IMG/VR virus record: IMGVR_UViG_3300042885_001472
Origin: a virus
Taxonomy: Duplodnaviria; Caudoviricetes
Strand: one strand, 5' to 3'
Length of the DNA: 64,000 nucleotides
Part shown: one piece after another, positions 1 to 9,901 of the stretch
How the letters are laid out: the number at the start of each line of letters is the position of its first letter
How positions within the stretch are numbered: position 1 is the first letter of the stretch
Notes under the pieces: model-generated
What the model saw: the letters and a program-made list of their open reading frames with translations, nothing else
The model's database searches: none
Told to the model about the DNA's origin: nothing
Program-made: the position numbers and the translations under genes

Positions 1-1
1 A

Positions 2-1699
2 TCTAATACAATAGGGAATGAGTATTATTCTAATACAATAGGGAATAACTTTCAATCTAATACAATAGGGAATGAGTATTATTCTAATACAATAGGGAAT
101 TACTTTCAATCTAATACAATAGGGGATAACTTTCAATCTAATACAATAGGGAATAACTATTATTCTAATACAATAGGGGATAACTTTCAATTTAATACAA
201 TAGGGAATTACTTTCAATCTAATACAATCACTAATAATTTTGGCTATAATAAAATTGGTAGTTATTTTAATAACAATACGATTGGTAGTGATTTTGGTTA
301 TGGTGGAAGTCAAGCACTAGGTAATGTTATTGGTGATACTTTTGTAAATAATATAATTGGTCAATATTGTTATAATAACGTTATAGGTAATTATTTTAAT
401 AATAATATAATTGGTATTGAATTTGAAGATAATCAAATACAAAATTATTTCATAGGTAATACAATTGGAACAGGGTTTACTTCAAACCAAATAGGTAATT
501 ACTTCGGTAACAATGGTTCTGGTGGTGGTACTCCACTTCAAAATACTATATCTAATGATTTTAAATATAATAAAATTGGTAACTTCTTTGGTAATGATAC
601 TAATTTCCCATCAATTGGTGTTGGTACAAATGGTGATGGTGGTAATCTTATAAATGATGGGTTCCAATATAATCAAATTGGTGATAATTTTATTTTTAAT
701 GGTATAGATTTATCATTTAATAATAATAAAATAGGTAATGATTTTTGGTTTAATGTTTTTGGTCTTAACACTACTGATAATGTTATTGGTAATCTATTTG
801 TTGGTAATGGTGGTGTTGGAGGTTTTCCAAATCCAATCGGTGACGGATTTAGTTCAAATAAACTTGGTAATTATAGTGGTTTTAATATCATTGGAGCTGA
901 CTTTAAAAATAATGAAATAGGTGATTTCTTTGGTAATGCTGGTACTTCAAATACTATAGTTGATAATTTTAATAATAATAATATTGGTAACTACTTTGGT
1001 AATGATGGTTCAAATGATGGTGGTAATAATATAGGTCAAGATTTTTTTGGTAATTTAATTGGTAATTACTTTTATCTTAATACAATAGGGGATAACTCTT
1101 ATTCTAATACAATAGGGAATTACTTTACTTCTAATACAATAGGGGATTACTATTTTTCTAATACAATAGGGGATGAGTATTATTCTAATACAATAGGGAA
1201 TAACTATTATTCTAATACAATAGGGGATGACTTTTATTCTAATACAATAGGGAATTACTTTGGTTCTAATAAAATTAAAACGCAGATTAATAGTATTGAT
1301 TTCACAGACTTCTATGGTAATATAACTGGATTTACATATTCAGCTACAGGTTCTACGGCTAGTGATAATACATATATAGGTTTTTATCAAGATTCAACGA
1401 CAGGTATTGGTGTTAACGCCACTTTTGATATTGAAGTTTCTGGTGGAACTGTTGTCGGTGTTACTGGAAATACTCAAGGTAAATTATACGTAATTAGTGA
1501 GGAATTAACGATATTAGGTACTCAAATAGGTGGTACTGATGTTGATGATGATGTAGTTATTACAGTAACTGGTATTAGTCAATTACCATCTGTTTATGAA
1601 TCTTATACTTGTGATATTTTTGAAAGACAAGGTGGAACTAAACGATTATCATACTACGATAGTAGTGATATATTAACAATAACAAATATTAACGAATAA
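2..1699 (+). CDS. 5'-partial repeat protein (S-N-T-I-G-N-x-F/Y-x 9-aa repeats), probable beta-solenoid tail fibre/structural protein
   Basis: Frame from base 2 (tct aat aca ata ggg aat gag tat tat) open to TAA 1697-1699; absent from ORF track because the start is outside the window; 27-bp tandem repeats at 1-230 and 1075-1270. Confidence 0.75.
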   Translation, partial: SNTIGNEYYSNTIGNNFQSNTIGNEYYSNTIGNYFQSNTIGDNFQSNTIGNNYYSNTIGDNFQFNTIGNYFQSNTITNNFGYNKIGSYFNNNTIGSDFGYGGSQALGNVIGDTFVNNIIGQYCYNNVIGNYFNNNIIGIEFEDNQIQNYFIGNTIGTGFTSNQIGNYFGNNGSGGGTPLQNTISNDFKYNKIGNFFGNDTNFPSIGVGTNGDGGNLINDGFQYNQIGDNFIFNGIDLSFNNNKIGNDFWFNVFGLNTTDNVIGNLFVGNGGVGGFPNPIGDGFSSNKLGNYSGFNIIGADFKNNEIGDFFGNAGTSNTIVDNFNNNNIGNYFGNDGSNDGGNNIGQDFFGNLIGNYFYLNTIGDNSYSNTIGNYFTSNTIGDYYFSNTIGDEYYSNTIGNNYYSNTIGDDFYSNTIGNYFGSNKIKTQINSIDFTDFYGNITGFTYSATGSTASDNTYIGFYQDSTTGIGVNATFDIEVSGGTVVGVTGNTQGKLYVISEELTILGTQIGGTDVDDDVVITVTGISQLPSVYESYTCDIFERQGGTKRLSYYDSSDILTITNINE

Positions 1700-1703
1700 A
1701 AAT

Positions 1704-2060
1704 ATGACAACAAAATATATAGTAAATAACTTAAGCGGTCAAACAATAACTAATGAACCAATATTACGTCCTTATAAAGTATATACTGCTTTATTAACAC
1801 AAACTGGTATTAATCCTCCTGTGGCTACTGTATTGGAAAATACTTTAGGTTTTATTCCTACTTATTCATATAATGGCACTGGTAATTATTCTATAAATTC
1901 ATCTAGTGGATTTACAAGTGATAAAACCGTTGTTTTTATAACATCAGAATCTACAGATATTATTTATTCCACACAAGTTAGCTCTAGTGAAATTATAATT
2001 GGTGGAGTTTCTGATGATTTAATGAGTAAAACATCAATAGAAATAAGAGTATATTTATGA
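1704..2060 (+). CDS. small virion/tail-associated protein
   Basis: YKVYTALLTQTG..P.ATVLENTLG, beta-rich; directly follows the fibre-like gene. Confidence 0.45.
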   Translation: MTTKYIVNNLSGQTITNEPILRPYKVYTALLTQTGINPPVATVLENTLGFIPTYSYNGTGNYSINSSSGFTSDKTVVFITSESTDIIYSTQVSSSEIIIGGVSDDLMSKTSIEIRVYL

Positions 2061-2554
2061 GTAATAATTGTGTATATTTCCATATTAATCCTGTAAAGCA
2101 AGAGATTTTTTATGTGGGTGTAGGTAATAAAAATAGACCAAATAGTAAACAAAATAGAAATAAATATTGGCATAATTCAGTTAATAAATATGGATATATT
2201 ATTGTAATTATAGAAAAAGATTTAGAATGGGTGAACGCAACAGAAAGAGAGAAATTTTATATTAAATTAATTGGAAGAAAAGATTTAGGATTAGGTACTC
2301 TTTTAAACATGACAGATGGGGGTGAAGGTAATCAAAATATTGTAATGACAAAAGAATCTAATATTAAAAGAAGTTTAGCTTCTAAGGGTGTACCTAAAAC
2401 TAATGCAAGGGTTAAAAGAAGTGGTCACAGTCAAGAAACTAAAGAGAAAATGAGATTATCAAAACTTGGTAAAAAAATTGGACCCCATAGTGAAGAAAGA
2501 AAATTAAACATGAAAAAATCAGCAGCTCTAAGAAAAATTAATAAGAGTATATAA
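2057..2554 (+). CDS. GIY-YIG-like homing endonuclease with NUMOD3 motifs
   Basis: VYFH..FYVGVG N-terminus, LLNMTDGGEG, HSQETKEKMRLSKLG and HSEERKLNM. Confidence 0.8.
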   Translation: MSNNCVYFHINPVKQEIFYVGVGNKNRPNSKQNRNKYWHNSVNKYGYIIVIIEKDLEWVNATEREKFYIKLIGRKDLGLGTLLNMTDGGEGNQNIVMTKESNIKRSLASKGVPKTNARVKRSGHSQETKEKMRLSKLGKKIGPHSEERKLNMKKSAALRKINKSI

Positions 2555-2577
2555 TTAAAAATTAAAATATAAAAAAT

Positions 2578-2985
2578 ATGGCAACAGCAACATTTAATAC
2601 AGCAATAGAAGCACCAATTGGTGAAGATAATATATACGATTTAGATAGTATTATAACTACTGATATAGTATTTGATAAAGGTAAGACTTATAAGTTTGAC
2701 AAAGAACCTAATTTGAATATTAGCTTAAAAGAAAATCTATTAACCTTATCTGAAGGTGCTTATGGTCCAGTAGAAATATTAGTTTCTAGTGATATAACTG
2801 AAACAGCGGTAGCGACTACTAAGGTTTCTGGTTTTCAAGCTGGAAAAAATGAATATATGGATAATGCAACCTTACAAACAAATTTTAGTGACACACAAAA
2901 AAATTGGTCAAGTATTATTTCTCGTACACCTATTAAAGGTGGTGAGGCTGGTCCTAAACCTCCATTTAATAAAAGTGATAAATAA
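2578..2985 (+). CDS. hypothetical protein
   Basis: ORF track. Confidence 0.6.
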   Translation: MATATFNTAIEAPIGEDNIYDLDSIITTDIVFDKGKTYKFDKEPNLNISLKENLLTLSEGAYGPVEILVSSDITETAVATTKVSGFQAGKNEYMDNATLQTNFSDTQKNWSSIISRTPIKGGEAGPKPPFNKSDK

Positions 2986-3022
2986 CAAAAAAATGTTATT
3001 AAATTAAAAAATTTATAAACTA

Positions 3023-3301
3023 TTACACAATCGTAACTGGTTTATATTTATTTAATTCAAATTCAATTGTTGGAATTATTTGACCAATCCATTTTACTAT
3101 TAACACATCTACCTCCTCTATTGTTAAATCAAAGGATATGGATAAAAAATCATAAAGTTCATTTATGTAATATTTGATGTGGTGTTTGGTGAAATATAGT
3201 TTATCAACATAACTTTCATCATCCTTAGAACAAATTATTAGATATAACGTATATTCTTTTTTTATTTGTTTTAAAAAAAAGTTGATCATTTTCTCATCCA
3301 T
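3023..3301 (-). CDS. hypothetical protein
   Basis: ORF track. Confidence 0.55.
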   Translation of the reverse strand: MDEKMINFFLKQIKKEYTLYLIICSKDDESYVDKLYFTKHHIKYYINELYDFLSISFDLTIEEVDVLIVKWIGQIIPTIEFELNKYKPVTIV

Positions 3302-3502
3302 AGTAAAATATAATTAAAAAAAATTTATTAGTCAATTTAATAGACCCATTGATTTGATGAAATTAATTAATTATATTTAATCAATGTTTGAAAAGTGTTT
3401 GGGGTTGTAACATAGGAAGACGATATTGAACTGATTTTAAATTTCTGAATTTTGTCACTCAAAAGGTTCGTAATTAAAAAAAGAATTCCAAAAAAACTTA
3501 TG

Positions 3503-3527
3503 AGGTGAGGTAAAACTCACCTTTTTT
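3503..3527 (+). terminator. rho-independent terminator
   Basis: AGGTGAG/CTCACCT hairpin followed by T-tract. Confidence 0.7.
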
Positions 3528-3558
3528 ATTTTATTGAAATATTTATCATAAAGTTATT

Positions 3559-4311
3559 ATGAAGACTATTTTTATAACATCAGATGGAAAAATGTACCGG
3601 ATGAACTATCTTGGTAGATTAGAACGAGAAGAGATTAAGTCAATTAAACATTATCTTAATTGTATATTACATTTAGAGGAAGGTATCACATTTGAAACTT
3701 TTTTTAACATTATATTGAAAGATAAGGATTTCCTTAATGAAGTGTTCAAAGATACCATGGGTGGGTTTGATTTAAATCAATTCACTAAAGAATGGAAGAA
3801 GAATATTAAAAATAAAGATGTTGAGAATATTCAATACCTAGAAGTTTATAGAGATATTAAGTTAAATGATATCACAGGGGTTATTACGTTAGATATAACG
3901 AATGTTTTTGAGGGTATAACTAAAATGGATAACTCAATAAAAGAAAGTGTCCCATTGGACTTTATCGCGATAAATGATTTAAAGAAGCTCCCGTTAAAAT
4001 TAAATGATGAATTCATTATACCAGGTCACATTATTGAGAATGTAAATTTAATAACATCAACCAAGGGAATGACATTATTTGAGGTTATTGAAACCATTCT
4101 ATATGATATTACATTCTATGGAGATCCCTCCAGTAGAGATAAGATAAAGGAGGATGTTATGAGTGTCAATAATAAGGATAATATGATACAATTATTAACT
4201 ATTGATATGGAAGATATGGTTTCAGATGAAAGGTATGAAGAAGCTATAGAATTATTGAGTCTTATAAAGAAATATAAAAAAACAAGTGTAGATGAAATAG
4301 AATTTGATTAA
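3559..4311 (+). CDS. hypothetical protein
   Basis: 250-aa ORF; C-terminal ERYEEAIEL resembles a UVR-type helix. Confidence 0.65.
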   Translation: MKTIFITSDGKMYRMNYLGRLEREEIKSIKHYLNCILHLEEGITFETFFNIILKDKDFLNEVFKDTMGGFDLNQFTKEWKKNIKNKDVENIQYLEVYRDIKLNDITGVITLDITNVFEGITKMDNSIKESVPLDFIAINDLKKLPLKLNDEFIIPGHIIENVNLITSTKGMTLFEVIETILYDITFYGDPSSRDKIKEDVMSVNNKDNMIQLLTIDMEDMVSDERYEEAIELLSLIKKYKKTSVDEIEFD

Positions 4312-4315
4312 AAAA

Positions 4316-4346
4316 TTTGTTTATATTAAAATAAACCTTACATTTG
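4316..4346 (+). promoter_or_regulatory. Bacteroidetes-type sigma70 promoter
   Basis: TTTG 4316-4319, 19-nt spacer, TACATTTG 4339-4346. Confidence 0.65.
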
Positions 4347-4483
4347 TCTAAAAAAAATATAAAAATGACATTTTTAAACAAAGTTAATAAATTCATTATG
4401 AAATATATTGGATTTATGTTATACCCAACCACTAAGTGTGGGAAAGAAGGTAAAAATTTAGAAATTAATAATAGATATGACAT

Positions 4484-4771
4484 ATGATTTTATTATCCTT
4501 ATTCATTGGTATCATTCTTGGTTATTTTATCAAAAAATATATACCTAAATTAATTAAACATTTTTTAGTAACTAGTAGGTATACTTATAGAGTTAAATTT
4601 AATATCTTTATGGTTGTTCATAAAGAAAACTGTATGGTTAATGAAGTTATCAGTACAAATAGTATTGAAATACTTGTTAAGGGTGAAAATGAAGAAGAAG
4701 TTATTGATTTTATTAATAAAATGGTTGAAAATGAAACCAGAGTTGAAATTGAATCCGTTGAAATCGTATGA
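4484..4771 (+). CDS. hypothetical protein with N-terminal TM helix
   Basis: ORF track; hydrophobic N-terminus. Confidence 0.55.
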   Translation: MILLSLFIGIILGYFIKKYIPKLIKHFLVTSRYTYRVKFNIFMVVHKENCMVNEVISTNSIEILVKGENEEEVIDFINKMVENETRVEIESVEIV

Positions 4772-5187
4772 TAAATAAAAAGGGTAGATATGAGTATGAA
4801 ATTCTTGAGGAATATACCGCTGGAATTGTTTTAACTGGCTCTGAGATAAAAAGTCTTAGGGAAGGTTTATGTGTGATCACCGATTCTTACTGTGTGTTAA
4901 TTAATAATGAATTAATCATCCGGAATATGTATATTGGTCAATATAACCATAACTTTACAACTGAACAAGAAACCAAGAGAGACCGGAAGTTATTAATCAC
5001 CAAAAAAGAAATAAAACGATTAACCACTAAGTTAATTGATAAGGGTATTACAATTATACCTTTAAAAGTTACTGTTGGTAAGTTGGCTAAAATTGAAATC
5101 GCCTTGGCCAAGGGTAAGAATGTTAGGGATAAAAAGATGTCCATAAAACTTCGTGACCTAGATCGGGAGTTTAAACGAAATATTTAA
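4768..5187 (+). CDS. smpB: SsrA-binding protein SmpB
   Basis: NKKGRYEYEILEEYTAGIVLTGSEIKSLREG, RKLL, KIEIALAKGK..DK. Confidence 0.93.
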   Translation: MINKKGRYEYEILEEYTAGIVLTGSEIKSLREGLCVITDSYCVLINNELIIRNMYIGQYNHNFTTEQETKRDRKLLITKKEIKRLTTKLIDKGITIIPLKVTVGKLAKIEIALAKGKNVRDKKMSIKLRDLDREFKRNI

Positions 5188-5374
5188 TAATTACGTAATA
5201 TTTATATAACATAATCAACTGTTAATTTAAATAAAATGAGTAATGAAGAACTATTAGAAGAAATTCATATTAAAGCCCATAAATTGGGTATCCATCAAGA
5301 AGTTTTAGTTATGTGTAATGAATTATCCGGTCAGTATGATATGATCACATCTTGTAGGATGTCAATTGAAAAAC

Positions 5375-5641
5375 TTACTTCTGGTTTGAATGTTTAAAAG
5401 GTTTACCATTCTGTGGTATTTTACCCATTAAACTTGATAACATATTAAGACTATTTTTTAATTGGTCTATATCATTATTTTTAGTTGTAGGTATCTTTTC
5501 ATTTAGTGAAGTTTTCATAGTACCAAGTTTGTCGAACAAACCAAATATTTTTTTACCATACTTTTTCCACCATAAAAATGTAAGTGTACCAAATGTGATG
5601 ATGGTTAATATAAGGATTGATAATAAAATTTGTGTTAACAT
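5375..5641 (-). CDS. small membrane protein
   Basis: N-terminal TM helix. Confidence 0.55.
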   Translation of the reverse strand: MLTQILLSILILTIITFGTLTFLWWKKYGKKIFGLFDKLGTMKTSLNEKIPTTKNNDIDQLKNSLNMLSSLMGKIPQNGKPFKHSNQK

Positions 5642-5702
5642 AATGTATAATTTTAACTAATTATAAACAATAAAAATAAAAAAATCAATATTTATTATAA
5701 GT

Positions 5703-6143
5703 ATGAGTAAATTTAAAGATAAAATAGATAAATCTTACTGGGTTAAAGTAGGATTGGAAAGTGGTTTTGATGACACAGAGACGGCCACATTACATTTAAA
5801 CCATATTTTAAGTATGATATCCTCACTTCCGGAAGAAGTGACATTGTATAGATTAGTTTTTTTAAATTCAAAGGAGGATTTAAATAAATTAAAACCAGGG
5901 TTACATTATGTCCTCAATAAAAAATCTTTAATCAATAATCATTATGATGATTTTATGTATGATCTCATATCAGCTCACGGACAAGGAGAAGAACCATATA
6001 TCATAACTATTAAAGTTGATAAGTCTAAACTTGATATTGAGAACACTATTGATAATAATATGAGATATCCTCACGAGAAAGAGATAACATTAAAAAATCA
6101 TGGTAGAGGTTGTAAAATAGTTAAGGTTGAAAAATTAAAATAA
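5703..6143 (+). CDS. putative ADP-ribosyltransferase-fold protein
   Basis: TLYR and late EKEI motif pattern. Confidence 0.4.
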   Translation: MSKFKDKIDKSYWVKVGLESGFDDTETATLHLNHILSMISSLPEEVTLYRLVFLNSKEDLNKLKPGLHYVLNKKSLINNHYDDFMYDLISAHGQGEEPYIITIKVDKSKLDIENTIDNNMRYPHEKEITLKNHGRGCKIVKVEKLK

Positions 6144-6212
6144 AAAAGAGGGGTAAAACAATATATTTTGTCTTATCCCCCCTCTTACTTTTATTCGGCT
6201 TTAAAAGTATTG

Positions 6213-6587
6213 TTAGTTCACAAATAATGATTTGTACTTATCTCTTCTATCAAAAATCAAATAACCATGAATCAGTGTTAAAACTACACTAATAATTAAA
6301 CCATTTTGATCTAAGGCTAAATGAAATCCTAAGATGTTGAATGTTATTGGTACTAATAAAAGTAAACTAAAGGTAACATATCTGTTTAATAACAGTGAAG
6401 CTCCACATACTACCTCTAAAATACCGATAGTTGGGAACATATAACCACTAGAACCCAGCGACATCATAAAATTATTGGCCACATCATTTAAAGGTGGTAA
6501 AGTAATAAACCCAGTAAATTTATTCATACCAAAAATTAGGAATACAAGTCCTAACAACATTTGTAATACAATTTGTAATTTTCTCAT
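6213..6587 (-). CDS. DoxX family membrane protein
   Basis: LLGLVFLIFGMNKF..GILEVVCGASLL, four TM segments. Confidence 0.8.
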   Translation of the reverse strand: MRKLQIVLQMLLGLVFLIFGMNKFTGFITLPPLNDVANNFMMSLGSSGYMFPTIGILEVVCGASLLLNRYVTFSLLLLVPITFNILGFHLALDQNGLIISVVLTLIHGYLIFDRRDKYKSLFVN

Positions 6588-6682
6588 TTTGTTTTTTTTT
6601 AAGTTATTATTATAATTAATTCAAATCTATGAATAATAATTGATAAAATCAAATTTTTTAAGTTAAAATGATATTTATTATT

Positions 6683-7633
6683 ATGAAGAATTTAAAAAAT
6701 AGGATTAAAAACCAATTATTAGAACATAGTAGGGGTAAATTATTTAAAGTTATTGAGTCTAAATATTATTATTCCATGTATCAAGATGTATTCTTTGTTG
6801 GTACTTATGACGAGTGTGTAGATTTTATCGTAAATGGAAGAAGACATGATCTGGAAATACAACCTTTTGGGGGTGGTAATGATGAAAATGAAATTGTTGA
6901 TGAAGGTGTAAGTAAAATAGATGATAAAATTGAGTTTGATTATGAAACCAATGATCAGGATAGTAATATCAATACCAGGTTAGGTATCACATCTAAGAAT
7001 TTTAAATTTAAACCAAGATTTAAGACTTTACCTAAGAGTGGTGTAAAAGTTTTATCTGTATATCAAAAAACTTCTAATAAAGAAACTACTGAAATAATTA
7101 AAGACCTTAAACGTAGTGAAGAGGAAAGGGGTGTAAGTGAAAATGATTACAATTCATTTTTAACTCGTACAGCGATATTTTATGGTAGGGTATTAAAAGA
7201 TATGGAAATTGATACCATATTCTTAATGGAATCAAAATCATCTTTATCAAAAGATCTTACAGTTAAAATTAAATCAATATTACCAAATACAACGATTAAG
7301 TTATTAGATAACTCAATAGTTAAAGATATTAAGAATATTAAATTAAATAGAGAAGGGGCTAAACTATCTGATTACGAATATGAATTATTAGGTAACATAC
7401 ATAATAATGTAAAAACCAAGGGTGAATTTAGTCTTAAGAAAATCCATCCAAAACATAGAGCTTTATTTACCGATTGGATTAAAATTAATGAAGATTCTAT
7501 TAGAGATGTCACCGATAAGAATATAATTGTTGTTGATGATTATATAACCAGTGGTGTAACATTGGATGAAGTGTGTACACAACTTTTAAAGTTATCACCA
7601 AAATCTATATTATGTTTAACCATTATTAAATAA
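6683..7633 (+). CDS. phosphoribosyltransferase-domain protein
   Basis: PRPP loop IIVVDDYITSGVTL at C-terminus; start placed at ATG 6683 after ATATTTAT. Confidence 0.7.
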   Translation: MKNLKNRIKNQLLEHSRGKLFKVIESKYYYSMYQDVFFVGTYDECVDFIVNGRRHDLEIQPFGGGNDENEIVDEGVSKIDDKIEFDYETNDQDSNINTRLGITSKNFKFKPRFKTLPKSGVKVLSVYQKTSNKETTEIIKDLKRSEEERGVSENDYNSFLTRTAIFYGRVLKDMEIDTIFLMESKSSLSKDLTVKIKSILPNTTIKLLDNSIVKDIKNIKLNREGAKLSDYEYELLGNIHNNVKTKGEFSLKKIHPKHRALFTDWIKINEDSIRDVTDKNIIVVDDYITSGVTLDEVCTQLLKLSPKSILCLTIIK

Positions 7634-7671
7634 TAATTGATTTGTTAATTTAATTTATTTATACTTACACA

Positions 7672-8574
7672 ATGGAAGTGATTATGAATAACATTAAAAA
7701 AGATATTATAAGTTGGTGGAGTGGAGGAATTACCTCACCGGTGGCTTGTAAGTTATCAATAGATATGTTCGGTATTGATCGGGTTAGAATTATAATGATT
7801 GATACTCAGAACGAACATCCGGATACATACCGGTTTAAAACTGATTGTGAGAAATGGTATGGTTTACCAATTGAAATTATTACTGGTATTGGTGAAAAAT
7901 ATGGTAATATTTTTGATGTCTGGAGAAAACATAAGTCATTGAATACAGCCACTGGTGCGATATGTTCTACAAATTTAAAAAGATTAGTTCGTGAAAAATG
8001 GGAGAAAGATAATCCTAATTATACACATCAAGTATTTGGGTTTGAATTTGAAAAGAAAGAATTTAATAGAGCTTTATCAATGTCATTAAATCATGGTGAA
8101 AGGGTTAAAGCGATCTACCCTTTATTAATGTTTGGGTATGATAAAAAACAATGTCTTAAGATTGTTGATGACGCTAAGATTGAAGTTCCAAAAATGTATC
8201 AGTTAGGTTTCCAAAATAATAATTGTTTTTCAACTGGATGTGTTCAGGGTGGGATTGGTTACTGGTAAAAGATGTGTAGAGACTTCCCAGATAAATTTGA
8301 GGTTATGGCTAATTTAGAACATGAATTAACAGAATTAAAGGGTGAACCGGTAACAATGTTAAAAGATCAATCTAATTTAGCTAAAGAATCGTCTAAAATA
8401 GATAAAAAATCAAACTTAGTTTTTCTTAAAAAACATCCATTATATCCAAACCATAAATGTTTAGATGATATGTCCCAAAGGAGTGTTGAACCTCTTTTTG
8501 AGTGTAATGGGATGTGTGGTATAAATGATATGAATGAAAGAACCAGTACTGAAAAAGAGATCAATTACGATTAA
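7672..8574 (+). pseudogene. PAPS-reductase-like (PP-loop) protein interrupted by in-frame TAA at 8266-8268
   Basis: SWWSGGITS, NNNC..GCVQGGIGYW*KMCRDFPDKF; the two track ORFs are in the same frame. Confidence 0.7.
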
Positions 8575-8650
8575 TTTTGGAAAAATATTTTTTTATATGA
8601 AATAAAGTTTATATATTTGTAGAATATTTTAAAACTTAAATTTTATTATT

Positions 8651-8908
8651 ATGACTACAAGAGCCTTACAATTAAGATTAGCTAGATATCAATCTGAACT
8701 TCTTAGTACTAAACACAAATTACTTCGTAGTAACGCTGATAAAAGTGTTATAAAAATTATTGATGACAGAATCTTAAATATTAAGAAAACTAGATTTGAT
8801 TTATCCGTTAATAAAGATAAGGATAAATGTCACCGAGCTAATGTATCTTTTGGTAGTTTTTTTTGGGATAAAAATAAAGAAGAACTTAAAAATATATTTA
8901 CTTATTAA
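8651..8908 (+). CDS. hypothetical protein
   Basis: ORF track; TATATTTG at 8612-8619 upstream. Confidence 0.55.
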   Translation: MTTRALQLRLARYQSELLSTKHKLLRSNADKSVIKIIDDRILNIKKTRFDLSVNKDKDKCHRANVSFGSFFWDKNKEELKNIFTY

Positions 8909-8910
8909 TT

Positions 8911-9060
8911 ATGACAGTAAAACAATTAATTGATAACTTATCAAATATTGATGGTGAAAAGATTAGTCGTAAAAATATTCAAGCACATTCTTTTAAAGAA
9001 ATACGAAAATCTCACAATATTCACAAAATGCTCGTGGTGGGTTCTTTTAATTGGTTATAA
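8911..9060 (+). CDS. 49-aa ORF ending in the first attC core; eroded distal cassette or junction
   Basis: Manual translation MTVKQLIDNLSN..GSFNWL*; stop lies in TTATAAC. Confidence 0.35.
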   Translation: MTVKQLIDNLSNIDGEKISRKNIQAHSFKEIRKSHNIHKMLVVGSFNWL

Positions 9061-9110
9061 CGTTTTGCGGCTAATAGACGTTTCTTAATGTTTATTAGGT
9101 GCGGTTATAA
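9055..9110. repeat. attC-like site 1 (56 bp)
   Basis: TTATAAC gttttgcgg ctaata..tattag gtgcg GTTATAA. Confidence 0.85.
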
Positions 9111-9167
9111 GCTGACGGTTACGAATGTTACTATGAAAAATTAATTTAAAAAAAAACAAATATAAAA

Positions 9168-9446
9168 ATGGAAAATAAGACAGCATTAATTGCAAAAAGA
9201 GATGAGTTACAAAAAGAAATTTATCTTTTAAATACTAAAATAAAAGAGCTTAATAAGATTGAATTATTTGAAAAATACAATGTTAAAATGGGGGACGAAA
9301 TTACTATTGTAGGTAAAAAAGGAGTAATAACAAATAACTGTGGTAGTTATCTTTACTATACCGCTTATAAAAAAGATGGGACTTTAGGCACTAGAGAAAG
9401 TAGGATTTGGAGTTTTGACACGTTTACAAAAACCGTTTCAAAGTAG
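9168..9446 (+). CDS. cassette 1 hypothetical protein
   Basis: ORF between sites 1 and 2. Confidence 0.75.
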   Translation: MENKTALIAKRDELQKEIYLLNTKIKELNKIELFEKYNVKMGDEITIVGKKGVITNNCGSYLYYTAYKKDGTLGTRESRIWSFDTFTKTVSK

Positions 9447-9457
9447 CTACCGTTTGC

Positions 9458-9554
9458 TTATAACGTTTTGCAGCTTTAAGAAGTGGCTGCCTAAAAATTA
9501 CTTCATTTGACAAACAATGCTTATGGCAGACATTTTTTAAAGGTGCTGTTATAA
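9458..9554. repeat. attC-like site 2 (97 bp)
   Basis: TTATAAC gttttgcag ctttaa..ttaaag gtgct GTTATAA. Confidence 0.85.
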
Positions 9555-9574
9555 GCTGATAAAAATTACGGATT

Positions 9575-9772
9575 ATGACCGCAAAAGAATTTGTTTTAGA
9601 AAAATGTCCAAAGGCAAGAGCTGAAAGGCAAGTGTCAGGTAGAATTAAAGGTATGCAGACTGTATATTATTTAATTCGTGAACGAGGGCAAACAATGTAT
9701 ATGGCAGAAGGCAAGAGCGAAAGTAACGCTTGGGTAAATGCTAAAAAGTTTCTATTGGAACGTGAACAGTAG
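9575..9772 (+). CDS. cassette 2 hypothetical protein
   Basis: ORF between sites 2 and 3. Confidence 0.75.
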   Translation: MTAKEFVLEKCPKARAERQVSGRIKGMQTVYYLIRERGQTMYMAEGKSESNAWVNAKKFLLEREQ

Positions 9773-9786
9773 TAATTTTTATTTCC

Positions 9787-9871
9787 CTATAACGGACGGA
9801 GCTTGTGGCTTAAATAAACCAAACAATGCTATTTTAACACTTCCGCTTTTTGCCACAAGGTTGTGTTAGTT
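9787..9871. repeat. attC-like site 3 (85 bp)
   Basis: CTATAAC ggacggag cttgtggc..gccacaag gttgt GTTAGTT; nearly identical to site 10. Confidence 0.85.
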
Positions 9872-9901
9872 TTTAGGCACTTAATTAAACATAAAAAGAA
9901 A

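Noticed and set aside
738-920. Track ORF 738-920
   Set aside because: Alternative frame inside the long repeat gene 2-1699.
1-1270. Diversity-generating retroelement target
   Set aside because: No reverse transcriptase or separate TR/VR pair in the window, and the variation is not confined to adenines.
3390-3500. tmRNA (GGGGTTG.. start near smpB)
   Set aside because: No tRNA-like 3' end or tag frame, and the available space is far too short.
8266-8268. Stop-codon reassignment
   Set aside because: TAA is the dominant genuine stop throughout the window; a single case does not support recoding.
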